This document shows, piece by piece, positions 1 through 12,956 of a stretch of 64,000 nt of DNA (its first letter is position 1; the number at the start of each line of letters is the position of its first letter). Below the pieces are notes generated by a model. The model made no database searches. It was not told where the DNA came from and saw only the letters and a program-made list of their open reading frames with translations. Both the position numbers and the translations under genes were made by a program. This DNA comes from Mobula hypostoma (Eukaryota). The stretch lies in assembly GCF_963921235.1 (NCBI RefSeq), contig NC_086097.1, positions 88,972,001 to 89,036,000 of the forward strand, read 5' to 3'.

Positions 1-174
1 CCAGTCCTTGTGTCAGACAGAGGATGATAACCAAAAGACAACGATTTAAAGTAATCTGTGAGGAATTAAAGGGAAGCTGGGGAAAATACTCGGCTGGCAT
101 CTAGCACTTTGTGCTTGGAAGAGTGGTGGAGGCAGAAGCCTTCATCATATTTAAACCAAGATTGGGGGTGTGGT

Positions 175-965
175 GGACAGCAAGGAGACTATCAAAGCTT
201 GCAGCAGATCTGGACCAGCGGGAAAAATGGGCTGAAAAGTGACAGATGGAATTTAATGCAGACAAGTGTGAGAATTCCATGCAGACAAGTGCGAGGTGTT
301 CACTTCAGTAGGAACAACCTGGGTAGGTCCCACACAGTGAATGGTAGAGCACTGAGGAGTGTGGTAGAACAAAGGGATCTGGGAATACAGATACATAATT
401 CATTGAAAGTAGCAACACAGGATGATAGGATCATAAAGAAAGCTAATTTGGAGTTTCTTGTGCAGTTTTGATCATCTACCTACAGGAAAAATGTAAATAG
501 GGTTGAAAGAGTACAGAGAAAATTTACAAGATGTTGCCGAGTCTGGAGGGCTTGAGTTACATGGAAAGATTGAATAGGGAGGACATTATGCCTTGGAATG
601 TAGAAGATTGAGAGGAAATTTGATAGAGATATACAAAATTATGAGGAGTATAGATAGGCAGGCTTTTTCCACTTTGGTTGGGTTGGACTAGAACTAGAGG
701 TCATGGGTTAAGGATTAAAGGTGAAAGGTTTAAGGGGAACATGAGGGGAAACTTCTTCATTCAGAGGATCATGAGGGTGTGGAATGAGCTGCCAATGCGA
801 GCTCGATTTCAACATTTAAGAGAAGTTTGGATAGGTACATGGATGGTAGGGGTATGGAGGGCTATGGTCCCAGGGCGGATCACTGGGAGTAGGCAATTTA
901 AATCTGTGGCACAACAAGGTCTGGATGGGCCAAAGGGCCTGTTTCTGTGCAGTACTTTTCTATGA
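175..965 (+). mobile_element. CR1 LINE 3' fragment (decayed ORF2 C-terminus and 3' UTR)
   Basis: Translations such as TRTRGHGLRIKGERFKGNMRGNFFIQRIMRVWNELP and EQRDLGIQIHNSLKV are typical of the CR1 ORF2 end; frameshifted. Boundaries approximate. Confidence 0.85.
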
Positions 966-989
966 CTGTAAACAGTGTCAGTAAGAAAT

Positions 990-1170
990 TTAAACCATCA
1001 GCTGGAGGAACTCGGCTGGCCAAGCAACATCTGTGGGAGGAAAGGAATTGCTGACATTGCTGGTCAGAGGATCCTGTTACAGGGTGTCAACCCAAAACGC
1101 CAACAGTTCCTTTTGCCCCCTCGGATGCTGCTTGACCTGCTGAGTTTCTCCAGCAGTCTCTTGTGTCAGT
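990..1170. repeat. Decayed head-to-head pair of Penelope-like element termini
   Basis: gctggaggaactc...gcaacatctgtgggaggaaagg is mirrored by ggatgctgcttgacctgctgagtttctccagc; same terminal motif as the other PLE ends in the window. Confidence 0.6.
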
Positions 1171-3879
1171 TTGAACACTTCAGTACTGTAAACAGTGAGG
1201 CTAAAAACTGTGGGGTGGGAAAGTGAGGTTAAACTCAACAGTCTGGCATCAACATGAAGGGCCAAATGGCCTCGCAGGCACTGTAACTGTCGCCCTGCTC
1301 CATGAGCACCTAAGATCAGATCATGTGGCAGCCCGCTTCCTAGGGTTGACACAAGCTGCGGAGTGCTTGTGTGCTAATGTCAGCTGTCCCCGTCTCTGTA
1401 ACCTTGTGCTTATAATATCCCTCCATGATATCGTATCTGGGATTCTGACACTCAGAGTGAAGGATGTTCCCAGGAGTGCTGCCGATTCCTTCAGAGTCTG
1501 GAGAGTTCCCTCCTGCTTGGGATCATTTTCTGCTGATTGATAGATAGATAGATACCTACCAGGAAGAGACGTGGCGGCTTTATTTCAGCCAAGTCGTTTA
1601 AGCCATAAGCAATGTGTGCAATTTCCTCCTGGGTTATCACTTTGAGATCCTGATTTGATCTACTTTAATGCAACTTAAGCCTTGGCTCTAACCCATGTAT
1701 TTATAACTTGGAGGCATTGACTTAGCATCAGTGCTCTTTCCAGCTGTTGTTTCTCTTCACACGAGCAGATTTAGGCACTGGGTATTAACAATTAGGGTTA
1801 GAAAAATATTCAAACGTGAACTGTTACAGCCCTCAAATCCTGACGAGGTCAGGACCACGTCATTGTCCTCCGTGCCTCCTTTAAGCAGGTGGCTTCCTGG
1901 TGCAGCAATACGTCTCCCAAGTTCAGTGATACCCTGGTAAACAACGGACATCTGTCTTCCAGTGGCTGTTGCCTCACGCAGCAGTGTGGGAATTTTGTTG
2001 CTCCGCCTCCTCAGGACCAGCGCTTTGGCACACTGCAAACTGCCTCCTCCGTCTGACAACCCAGTCCACTGTAACTCCAAAGAATTGCCCTTGTTCTCCG
2101 GCTTGGCCTGCAGGTGAGACCACCTGCCTATGACTCGGACCCCTGTGTGCTCTAACTCCCGTTCCGGAGCACGTAATCTGAAGTGATACTACTTTTGCGG
2201 TACTGAGGGATTGCTGCATTCTGACAACACGAACCCCTTCTTAAACTAAGGTGCAAAATGCCAGAAACACTCAGCCAGACTTGAGATGTTAACTCTGTTT
2301 CTCTTTCCAAAGGTGCTGCGTGACCTGCTGAGTGCTTCCAGCATTTTTATTTTAACTTTTAGATTTGCTTCAGCTTTCCAGCATTTGGGGTTTTCTGATT
2401 TTTCAACTTTAATTAAACTGAGGCTCTGTTTGCTCCTTCGGCTGGCTATAAAAGATCCTGTGGCCTTACATTAAAGGAGAACAGAAGTATGCCCATCCCA
2501 GTGTACTGGCCAATAATTGTGAACTGATATACTGTATCATAAAATAGCTGAAGTCAGTAATTTGATTTTGCGGTGCACAATGTGGCAGGCTTAATGTGTT
2601 TTGTATGCTCTGTGTAAAATGGCAAGGATGGGCTGCTGTTTTTGCTTCTTGAACCCTGTGTCCCCTATAGCCTCGGTTATTGTGTAGGACGGCAGGGTTC
2701 TGTGGGCTGCAGGTGCAGGATTTAGGAATATACCGTTATATATTTTGGATTAAAGGAAAAGGAAAGCAGAATTCTGCAGTTTAAGGCTCAGCTCAAGTTT
2801 TGGGTATTGTTACAAAATAATTGTTCCAGTATTTGTGACCATACGCTATAAGTGATACAGTCCTATAGGTTGGGTTGTGGCTCGTATGCTAGGACAGCTT
2901 AATTAGTTGGCTTTGCACAGTACCACATAACCTTTCTATAAATGGGGTAAACACTTTGCAATGTACATTGCAGATTGTGGAGTATATTATTGGTTGGATG
3001 ATCGTGTTAAGCGACGTGGTTGTGTTTGGGGTTTAATGGAGTTTGGACTGGGATCATAGAGTAGACAGAAACAGGTCCTACGGCCCAACTTGTCAATGCC
3101 GATCGAGTTGTCTACCTGAGCTTGTCTGCCCCATACAGCTTCAACCCTTTCCAATCCATAGAGCTGCCCTTGTGATTTTACAAACCTAGTTGCAATTACA
3201 AGTTTCCTGTTGTTTATCCCACACTGTCAGAACTTCCTGGCACACACATGAAGCGGCGTGACCCATGTGAATCCATCAACACACTGACAAGCAAACCAGA
3301 GGCCAAGTGAGAACACAAGCATTCAGTCTTTGCTCATTGCGTTGATGCCAGACTCACTGCACCCATTAGACGTGAGGAATGTGAATGAACCCATTGTGCT
3401 AAGTGTGCTTCCTTCCTTGTTGGAGAAAGATTTAAATGGAAGACAGCCTTCAAAGCTGATGCTTGTTGCTAAGCATGGCCGTATCCTGGCAACAACCCCA
3501 TCCCCATTCATTGGATGTTTAGGGATGGAGAGTAGGAGGGGGAGAGCTGCCAGTCAATGATGTATGAACAAAAGAATATATATATGTATGTATTCAAGGC
3601 GATAAGGTTATTGGGATATTGTGTTATGAAGTGGACAAACTTTGGACCAGACAAAATGAATCATTCCTAATTTTATTTCACAAAGATACGGCTTTGGGTA
3701 TCTTTATCTAACTGTTCTGGGCAATGCAGCAGAAACTCCAATGCATCTGGAGATACAGCAACAGATGAGGAAGGTCCCACACAGGTTCTTTAACGTTGAT
3801 CAGTTATGTGTTTAGTACCTCTTGTGGTTGTGCTGGGCTTTACTCCACTCTGCGCTGAACTGGGACTGTGGCCTGCAGC

Positions 3880-4130
3880 TAACGTGCTTCTGGAACAACT
3901 GCAGTGATAACTGGCTTTGTGTCTCACGTGAACTCCAGTCCTGAATGTTATTTGCTCACTTTTAGTGTTTGCACGATTTGTTTTCTGCACATTAGGTGTC
4001 TGATGGTCTTTTTTTAAATGGGGTCTATTGGGTTTCTTTGTTTTGTGGCTATCTGCAAGGAGACAAATCTCAAGGCTGTATATTGTATACATACTTAAAT
4101 AATAAATGTACCTTGAGCTTTTCAAACTTT
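3880..4130 (+). repeat. Non-LTR retroelement 3' tail fragment (Rex1/Babar-type tail)
   Basis: acaaatctcaaggctgtatattgtatacatactt...aataaatgtaccttga tail; a reverse copy of this family is the host split by the CR1 at 59040-61030. Confidence 0.55.
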
Positions 4131-4134
4131 GATT

Positions 4135-4630
4135 GAGACCCGCTCAGGATAACGAGTAGAGAAATAGATGAAAATCCAGGTCACGATTGAAGGGGAACGA
4201 AATAATTGTTACTCCGGATCTGATGCAACACAAAAACATTTAAGATAAGTTGAAGAACACAATAATAATTTTAAAAACAGAATAAACACTGTATTAATAT
4301 GTAAAATAGCTTATAAACTATATATTTTTAGTAGATTACGTCAATAAAGTGATGTACAGATTATGTACAGGAGTGTCTGTACATAAGTTGACTGACGGGA
4401 AATGACAAAGTAGTGGTGGTTGGGTGGTTGTGCAGGCTGTGTTTGTGGGTGGAGGTGTTGATCGGCCTTATTGCTTGGAGAAGGTCGTTGTATTTGAGCC
4501 TGGTGGTGCTGAGGTGGATGCTACGTAGCATCCTCCCCGATGGGAGTGGGGCAAACACTCCTCGAGCAGGGTGGATGGGATCCGTCCTGATGTTACTGGC
4601 CCTTTACTGACACCTTTTTGTCTATATGCC
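4135..4630 (-). mobile_element. Rex1/Babar-like LINE 3' fragment
   Basis: Minus-strand translation FAPLPSGRMLRSIHLSTTRLK matches the Rex1-type ORF C-terminal motif LPSGRRYRS. Confidence 0.7.
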
Positions 4631-5568
4631 CTCGATAGCGGGTAGGCTGGTTCATGGAAAGAGGACAGAGCTCAAGCTGTTGCAAGGATATGTTCATGCT
4701 CGTGTCCTCCGGAGGGCACAAGCAGACCCTACACAGGCAGAACAGTGAGCACACAGCATAAATACACACCCGGGAATCAGGTGAGTGTGGCCCACAATTA
4801 ATTTGTAATTACGTTAAGGAAGGATTAGAAAGGCGCATCATGATGAAGTGAGTCTGTGGTGATCGACTGGGATGAAATAACATGCCAAAGGCGTAGTTAG
4901 GAAACAAAAAAAGACATTGTGTAGGGGTTGGTGAATGCTGGCCAAGTACCATTAAATATAGAAGAGGCTATTTTCTAAGTGATAAGATAGGCAAAGACAG
5001 TTACTAAGCGAGTTGAACTGTCATATGGTATAATAAGTAAAACAATGGCACCGATGAAATGCTATGGTTACTGAGAAGGGGAAGAGCGAATTAATCGCAT
5101 TCTTTCGTGTCCGAATGGTAAAAGACCAAACAGATTGGGCGGACCCAGCAGGTAGGGTGTGAGAATGCTGGAGGCTTGCAGAACATGAAAATCACATATT
5201 TCACTTCAGGATCAGATGGTTGTAGAGGTTCATGTCCCACTCTTGAGCGTAATATCCAGGCCCTCTGAGTGCACAGTTGAAGGATCACAGCAGTTCCAAA
5301 GAAGCTGCCAATTAGACTTAGACAGGTCACCAGGATAGCCTCGCCCCTCTCAGGGGATGCTAGAAATCACTTCCTGCAGCTTTGCACTTCTTCTATGTAG
5401 TGGCTAGCATTGATTCTTTAAAGTTCAAGAAAACGCTGTGCAATAAATACATTTTATTACCTTAAATTTTGCAATTGTCTTAAGCTTTGGTGCAAGGCTT
5501 CCCATTTTCTTTCCAGTCACCTTGGATCTCAAGCTCTGGGTGTTTGAAGGCTGGTTAAGTTGCTGGCC

Positions 5569-5958
5569 ACACACACAAAATGCTAGTAGAACACAGCAGG
5601 CCAGGTAGCATCTATAGGAAGAGGTACAGGAGACGTTTCGGGCCGAGACCCTTTGTCAGGACTAACTGAAAGAAGAGATAGTAAGAGATTTGAAAGAGGG
5701 AGGGGGAGAGGGAGATCTGAAATGATAGGAGAAGACAGGAGGGGGAAGGGGTGAAGCCAAGAGCTGGAAAGTTGATTGGCTAAAGGGAAACAAAGCTGGA
5801 GCCAAGGGAGAAAGAAAGGGGGAGGGTAGCACCAGAGGAAGATGGAGAGCAGGCAAAGAGTGATTGTGAGAGGGAAAGTGAGAGAGAAAAAAAGGGGGGG
5901 AATAATAAATGAATAAATAAAGAAAATAGGAGATGGGGTAAGGAGGGGCATTAGCGGA
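5569..5958 (-). mobile_element. Penelope-like element terminus with a mutated hammerhead motif (5627-5664)
   Basis: Reverse complement reads TAGTC-CTGACAA-A-GGGTCTCGGCCC-GAAAC-GTC; core G8 is changed and stem I disrupted; preceded by the pyrimidine-rich tract seen in other PLE ends. Confidence 0.75.
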
Positions 5959-5959
5959 A

Positions 5960-7378
5960 CATTTTCAACATTTCTTTGGAATAGTCCACTGTCCCCTCAG
6001 GCTTCAAGGAAGCCACTATCATTCCAGTGCCCAAGAGGGTGGCGGTAACTGCCTCGACAACTGACTGACCCCCAGTGGCACTGATCTCAACAATAATGAA
6101 GTGCTTTGAGGGGCTGGGTGTGGACCACATTAAATCGAATCTTCCTGCTACATTGGACCCTTTCCAGTTCACTTATCGCTGAAATCACTCCAGAGGTTAT
6201 GCCATAGTCTCTGCACTCCACTTGGAAAATGGTGCCTCACATGCCAGAATTTTGTTATCGACATCAGCTAGGTGGTTAATACGATCATCACTCAGAACCT
6301 GGTGGGTAACCTGTCCTCTCTGGGTCTCCACACCTCTCTCTCTAACTGGATCCTGGACACAGTCAATCCGTGTTGGCAGCAATATCTCGAACTCCATCAC
6401 GCTGAGCCCTGGCGCTCCGCAGGGCTGCGTGCTGAGGCTGCCACTGTTCACGCTGCTGACGTATAGCTGCACCGCCAGGTCCAGTTCAAACTGAATCATC
6501 AACTTCGCTGATGACACAACAGTGGTTGGCCTCTTCAGCAACGATGACGAGACGGTGTACAGAGCGGCAGAGCAGCTGGAAGGATGGTGCGAGTCTCCAG
6601 GCAGACAAGGCCAAAGAGGTGATTGTGGACTTTAGGAAATTACAGGTTGGCCACTCCTCACGGCACATACCCAGTCCCTCCATGGAGAGAATTAGGAGCA
6701 CCAAGTTTCTGGGAGTGCACATAACTGACAATCTCAAATGATCCCTCAACACCACGTCTTTGGTCAAGAAAGCACAGTATCTCCATTCCTGAGGATATTG
6801 AGGTGAATAAGCCCCCCCCCCATCCCCATTTTAACTAATTTTTACAGGTGCACCATTGAGAGTGTCCTGACCAGCTGCATTACGATCTGGTACAGGAACT
6901 ACAAGGCATCTGACTGCAAGACCCTACAAAGGATTGGGAGGACTGCTGAGAGGGTCATTCCATCAGAGATATCTATCAGGAGCGCTGCACAGGCAGGCAG
7001 GCTCCTTAGCATTGTCAATGACCCCTCCCACCGGTACTACAATCTCTTAGACCCCCTACCATCAGGCAGGATACCCTAACATTAGGACAAGAATTGTTAG
7101 GATGAGAAACAGCTTCCCCCAGGCCGTGAGGCCACTGAACTCCCTGTCACCACCCAGGTCTCATCACGTATGAAGTGCCAGTAGCATTATGCTGTTTATT
7201 TTTTTTAAACTTGTGTCATTTCTGCACATTATTATTTGTTAATTTATTTGTGGTAATGTTACTTTGTGTGTTATGTGTGAGTTATATGTAGTGTGTTGTG
7301 CACCTTGGTCTAGAGGAACATTTCATTTCAGGGTATGCATGTTTATGGGCTGAATGACAGTAAACTGAACTTGAACTT
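5960..7378 (+). mobile_element. Rex1/Babar-like LINE, decayed RT region and 3' tail
   Basis: GAPQGCVLRLPLFTLLT, INFADDTTVVGL and KEVIVDFRK...STKFLGVHITDNL motifs; ends gtaaactgaacttgaact. Confidence 0.85.
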
Positions 7379-7419
7379 CCATTCTTGCAATTAATTCCTT
7401 CCCCAGTGATCTTCAAGAC

Positions 7420-9060
7420 TATATGACCATAAGACATAGCAGAATTAAGCCATTCAGTCCATCAAGTCTACTCCGCCATTCCATTATTGCTGATTATTTT
7501 CACTCTCAATCCCATTCCCCTGCCTTCTCCCTGTAACATTTGATACCTTTTGTTAATCAAGAACCTATCAGCTTCTGCCTTAAATACACTTAATGACTTG
7601 GCCTCCATAGCTGCCTGTGGCAATGAATTCCATAGATTCACCACCCTAGCTAGAGAAATTCCTCCTCTTCTCTGTTCAAAATGGAAGTCCTTCTATTCTG
7701 AGCCAGTGGCCTATGGTTCTAGGCACCCCCACTATAGGAAACATCCTCTCTGCATCTACTCTATATTGGCCCTTCAGTAATCGGTAAGTTTCAATGAGAT
7801 CTTCTCTCATTCGTCTAAACTCCAGCAAGTACAGGCCCAGAGCCATCAAATACTCGTCATACATTAACCTTTCCATTCCTGGGATCATTCTCGTGAACCT
7901 CATTTGGACCCTCTCCAATGCCAGCACATGTGCCCCAAAACTGTTCACAGCATTCCAAGTGTGGTCTGACCAATGCCTATTTAAAGCCTCAGCATCACAT
8001 AATTGCTTTCATATTCTAGTCCTCTTGAAAAGAATGCTAACATTGCATTTGCCTTTCTTACCACTGACTCAACCTGCAAGTTAACCTTTAGGGAATCCTC
8101 CGCAAGGACTCCAAAGTCCCTTTGCACCTCCGAGTTTTGAATTTTCTCCTCTTTTAGAAAATAGTCTATGCCTTTATTCCTTCTGACAAAGTGCATGACC
8201 ATACACTTCCCTACACTATATTCCATCTGACACTTCTTTGCCCATTCCCCTAATCTGTCTGAGTCCTTCTGCTGCTTCTCTGCTTCTTGTCCGTCAACCT
8301 ATCTTCTCATCATCTGCTAACTTGATCACAAAGCCACTAGTCCTCGTCAGCCAACTTGGAGGTGTCTTTTATTCCCACTTCTTTGCCTCTTGCCAGTCAA
8401 TTAATCTTCCATCCATGCTAGTATCTTTCCTGTAATACCATGGGCTCTTGCTAAGCCATCTCATATATGGCATCTTGTCAAAGACCTTCTCAAAATCCAA
8501 GTGAACAACATACACGGACTCTCCTTTGTCTATCCTGTCTGTAATATCCTCAAAGAATTCCAATGGATTTGTCAGGCAAGATTTCCCCTTAAGAGCATGT
8601 TTTCTTTGGCCTATTTTATCCTGTGTTTCCATGTATCCTGAAATCTCATCCTTAATAATGGACTCCAATATCTTCCTATTATAGCCTAACTGGCCTATAA
8701 TTTTCTTTTTTCCTCCCTCCCTTCTTCAAGAGTGGAGTAACATTTATAATTTTCCAGTCCTCTGGGACCATTCCAGAACAGTTATTTTTGAAAGATCACC
8801 TCTAATGCCTTCAAAATCTCTTCAGTTACCTCTTTCAGAAATGTAGTTCAACTGGTCCAGGTGACTTATCTACCTTCAGACTTTTCAGCTTCCCAAGAAC
8901 CTTCTCCTTAGTAATAGCTACTGCACTCAATTTTGGCCCCTGACACTTCCAAATTTATTGCCATTTTGCTGGAGTCTTCCATAGTGAAGACTGATGCAAA
9001 ATACTTATTACATTTGTCTGCCACTTTTTGTCCCCCATTACTATCTCTTCAGTGTAATTT
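7420..9060 (-). mobile_element. CR1 LINE ORF2 (RT) fragment, decayed
   Basis: Minus-strand translations GKSCLTNPLEFFEDIT, VVHLDFEKVFDKMP and ERVQMRFTRMIPGM. Confidence 0.9.
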
Positions 9061-9134
9061 TCCAAGCAGGTGTTACACCTTGCCCAAGGGTGACCTGCAG
9101 GTTAGCAGAGGGAAGGAGAGCCTTACACCTTCTT

Positions 9135-10165
9135 TAACGTTGCAACTGTATAGGACCCTGGTCAGGCCCCACTTAGAGTACGGTGCTCAGTTCTGGTCGC
9201 CTCACTATAGGAACAGGGTTGCCAACTGTCCCGTATTAGAAGGGACATCCCGTATATTGGGCTAAATTGGTTTGTCCCATACGGGACCGCCCTTGTCCCG
9301 TATTTCCCCTACTAAAGTAGAGCGTTCCTATGAAACCTTTCGTGCTGAAATGGTGTAAAGCAAAGAAGCAATATGGGGGGAAACTTTTGAGCATTCCCAG
9401 ACCCAAAAAATAACCTACCAAATCATACCAAATAACACATAAAATTGAGAAGATTAAGCCAAAACTGATTTGTAGAGAAAAAAAATCGGCATGTACATGT
9501 ATGCGCACGTCACATATGTGCATGTCACGCATGCGCACACAGGTGCCCGCGCAAGGCTTTATGGTCATGGTAGTCTTCTCGGGGTAAACAAAAGTGTCCT
9601 GTATTTGACTGCTACCTTTGTCCTTTATTTGGGAGTGAGAAAGTTGGCAAACCTATATAGGAAGGATGTGGAAACCATAGAAAGGGTGCAGAGGAGATTT
9701 ACAAAGATGTTGCCTGGATTGGTGAGCATGCCTTATGAGAATAGGTTGAATGAACAAGGCCTTTTCTCCTTGGAGCAACAGAGGATGAAAGGTGACCTGA
9801 TAGAGGTGTATAAGATGATGAGAGGCATTGATTATGTGGATAGTCAGAAGCTTTTTCCCAGGGCTGAAATGGCTAGCATGAGAGGGCACAGTTTTAAGGT
9901 GCTTGGAAGTAGGTACAGAGGAGATGTCAGGGGTAAGTTTTTTACGCAGAGTGGTGAGTGCATGGAATGGGCTGCTGGCGACGGTGATGGAGGCGGAAAC
10001 TACAGGGTCTTTTAAGAGACTCCTGGATAGGTACATGGAGCTTAGAAAAATAGAGGGCTATGGGTAACTGTGGGTAATTTCTAAAGTAAGTACATGTTCA
10101 GCATAGGATTGTGGGCCGAAGGGCCTGTATTGTGCTGTAGGTTTTCTATGTTTCTGTGTTTCTTT
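9135..10165 (+). mobile_element. CR1 LINE 3' fragment interrupted by a hAT element
   Basis: LYRTLVRPHLEYGAQFWSPHYR resumes after the insertion as RKDVETIERVQRRFTKMLPGL; tail ttctatgtttctgtgtttct. Confidence 0.9.
9214..9655. mobile_element. Non-autonomous hAT DNA transposon (Blackjack/Tip100-like MITE)
   Basis: TIRs cagggttgccaact / agttggcaaaccta; perfect 8-bp TSD TATAGGAA at 9206-9213 and 9656-9663; repeated subterminal gtcccgtat motifs. Confidence 0.9.
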
Positions 10166-11452
10166 GGTGGAGACGTGTCTCCACCCTGTCTCCTGAAATG
10201 TTTATTGTAATAGACACTTTCTATCTAAGCTTCAGCGAGGTAGAAGTTCGTCTTTGATTGGAAAGATGAATTTTACCAGATTTTAAATCATGTGGGATCA
10301 GCTGCCAGAGAAGATTGACAAAAGACATTTACAAAATTTAAAATCGTTTGGACAGACACATGGATAGGAAAGGTTTAGAATGGTATGAAGCAAACACAGG
10401 CAAATGGGATTAGTTTATATTGGCATCTTAATTGGCATGCACAAGGGCCTGTTTCTGTGCTGTATATTACGATGCTAGTTCTAAAGTGTATCATGTCTTC
10501 CTCCTGAGTTTTGGTTTCGTTAATTTAAGTGATTTATTGGGCTGGGAGAGCAGTGGTGGCTGATGGGAATATGATCTGCTCCATTGACCAGAGGTGAATT
10601 GGTAACCCAGTGAAAATTTGGGCGAAGGGTCACACTGTTGCTTTTTCTGTATATACACATATGCACGTGTGTGCAGCAGAGAAGGCTGAGCTAATGAATG
10701 GGGAGAACTAGCTCTCTGCTGCTGACTGCAGGCTCACAGCCATTGTTTGTTGGACGAAGAGGAATCTGTTAGCCTGCTGGAGAAATGACTCACACTCTAT
10801 CAAGCACAGTGTGGGAACCCTGGAGGATAAAGATAGAAGGAAGTATTATTTATCACTCAAGCTTCACAGTTCCTGGATGTGCAGGAGAACTTTGCAGATA
10901 CTGTATTTCATAGTGCAGTGATTCCTGCAATTTGTGGACAATAAAGAACCTGACCTGTTATACACCGATGATAAACAGTGATAGCACTTACACAGGGGCT
11001 ACTAACTCTTACCCTCAATACGTATACAGTGATGGTTGTTGCACTTAGCTTCAATAAATATGGGGGTACTTTCATGGACTCTCAGTAAACTGACTATAGT
11101 GTGATGTGGTGAGTAACATTTGCCCTCTGTAAACTGATCGTAGTTACACAATGAGTAATGCTAAACTTCAGTAAACCGTGACTCACTGTAAGGTTAGAGT
11201 AACTCTAATCTTAAATACACTGTGACTGTATTTCCTTACCATCAAGTGGCAATCTGACAACTAGGTAATCTATTTAACTTTTATTATGTGAGTGATAACT
11301 ATTAACTTGGGCATCTGAGAGCTCCTGTACTATTTAGATAGTGCTATGGGATTGTCTGAAAGAGCAAACAGTTCATCCTAAAGACTGTAGACATTAGCAT
11401 AGATCACAAGCAGTGTAACCCCACTCCTAACGTTTGCCTGGGCACCCTACAG

Positions 11453-11698
11453 GAGTGGAGTGAGAAGCTTGCCCGACTGGCACAGGTGAGGGCGAGCAGT
11501 TGCCAGAGGAGTCAGCAGGACCAGCAGATTGAGGTGGCGGAGGAGGAGGAGGAGGAGATTGGCTGGAATTTTCACACCACTATGGACCCAAGAGCATCTT
11601 TCTCAAATGTCATCGACGTCTGGTTCAGAGAGGCTCAGAATTACCACTACCACACGGGCCAGTGCAAGTACAATGCCTCGTGCCAGCATTATACACAG
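11453..11698 (+). CDS. CLEC18A: CLEC18 exon (CAP/SCP domain): EWSEKLARLAQVRASSC...WFREAQNYHYHTGQCKYNASCQHYTQ
   Basis: Acceptor ctacag| and donor CAG|gtgggt; 246 nt, phase 0-0; CAP signature HYTQ; collinear with human CLEC18 DWSDSLAQLAQARA...CTHYTQ. Confidence 0.93.
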
Positions 11699-12199
11699 GT
11701 GGGTACCCCGACATTGTCTCTATTGACATTGACCTAGATGCTGGAGAGCACTGTTATGTTATAATTAATTGATCATCCCCGCAGTGTCCAGTGCAGCAGG
11801 ACACTAGACTGTGCTCCTTCCCCACAAAGCCTTGGTGTGGCTGCGCCCCGAACTTCGGTGCACCCCTCAGAAGGTACTCCTGCACCCTGGAACGTACCAG
11901 TGACGGGCATCCCCTACACTGGAGGACCAGCCAGCTTTGGGTGAACCAAAGTGCATCTTTCACTGACTTGATGACATTCCATCTGCAGTTCATGTTTGCG
12001 TTTGGTGTGTGTCCCTGAGAACAGAGCATACGGAGTAGAGTGATCAGTTGGTAGTGTATCAATTAGTGCAGCAAGATGAGATGCCTGGGCCATAGTCTGC
12101 CTGTTGGACACTTACCTGAATCTTCAGTGCTTTTAGTGGATTTTTGGAAATCTTTGCTCTTTATCACAATGACTGGAATGTGCAGAGTTGCCTGACTGT

Positions 12200-12635
12200 A
12201 TCAACGAAGTTACCAACTTTAACCCGATTGCATCAATATAGGTCTCTCTAACTTCCAGTAATTTCTCCCCCTCCCCACTCCCTTCTGTATTTTTTCACCT
12301 CCTTCTGGTACCCCTAGTCCTCCTTCCATTTCCTCCATGGCCTAGTATCCTGTCCTATTAGATTGCTTCTTTTTCAGCCCCTTGCCCTCTTCCGCCTCTC
12401 CTCTCCCAGCTTCCTACTTCATCTCCCCACATCCCACCCAAATTCCCCATCACCTGGTCTCACCCTCCTTATTCTGGCTTCAGCCCCCTTCCTTTCCAGT
12501 CCTGATGAAGGCCCTCAGCCCGAAACACCAACTGTTTATTCCTCTCCATAGATGCTGCCTGACCTGCTGAGTTCCTCCAGCATATTGTGTGTGTTGTTCA
12601 AGATTGGCAGCATCTGCAGAATCTCTGGTCTTTAT
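12200..12635 (+). mobile_element. Penelope-like element terminus with a mutated hammerhead motif (12497-12534)
   Basis: CAGTC-CTGATGA-A-GGCCCTCAGCCC-GAAAC-ACC-AACTG (cleavage triplet altered), followed by gatgctgcctgacctgctgagttcctccagc. Confidence 0.75.
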
Positions 12636-12858
12636 GCCTAACTGTCTGCACTCTTGGATAATGTCATATCCTGCCCTGTACTACTTGATGCATTGTACTA
12701 CTGCCTGTCCTCCGCGCTGCCAAGTCCTGCCCTCCACCTTGTCTGGTGCCAACATTTGCTTTGCCAAGCACCCGCTTCAGTCTCTGTCACTGTTGGTTTT
12801 CAGTGGGCAAGAGCTATGAGAGTGAGAGACCCCTAACCTTCTGGTCTTTATTTCACAG

Positions 12859-12956
12859 CTGGTGTGGGCCACTTCAAGCAAGGTGGGATGTGGCAAGCAC
12901 GTTTGTGTCCAGAATGGGCAGTGGATGGTGAATATTGGCTGTGCCTATTCTCCAGG
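12859..12956 (+). CDS. CLEC18A: CLEC18 exon (CAP domain): LVWATSSKVGCGKHVCVQNGQWMVNIGCAYSPG
   Basis: tttcacag| ... CCAGG|gtaaga; 98 nt, phase 0-2; CAP motifs LVWA..GC and CxYxPG. Confidence 0.95.

Noticed and set aside
1960..2120. Hydrophobic reading (SVGILLLRLLRTSALAHC) ending at CAG|GTGAGA as a possible first exon
   Set aside because: No in-frame ATG after the upstream stop and no similarity to CLEC18.
4640..4790. Consensus donor CAG|GTGAGT at about 4780
   Set aside because: No recognisable coding frame or clear acceptor; isolated donors occur by chance.
1..11452. CLEC18 signal-peptide exon and the exon encoding ..LHN.LRS.V.P.AANM..
   Set aside because: No segment with this motif and suitable splice sites was found by eye; these exons probably lie upstream of the window.
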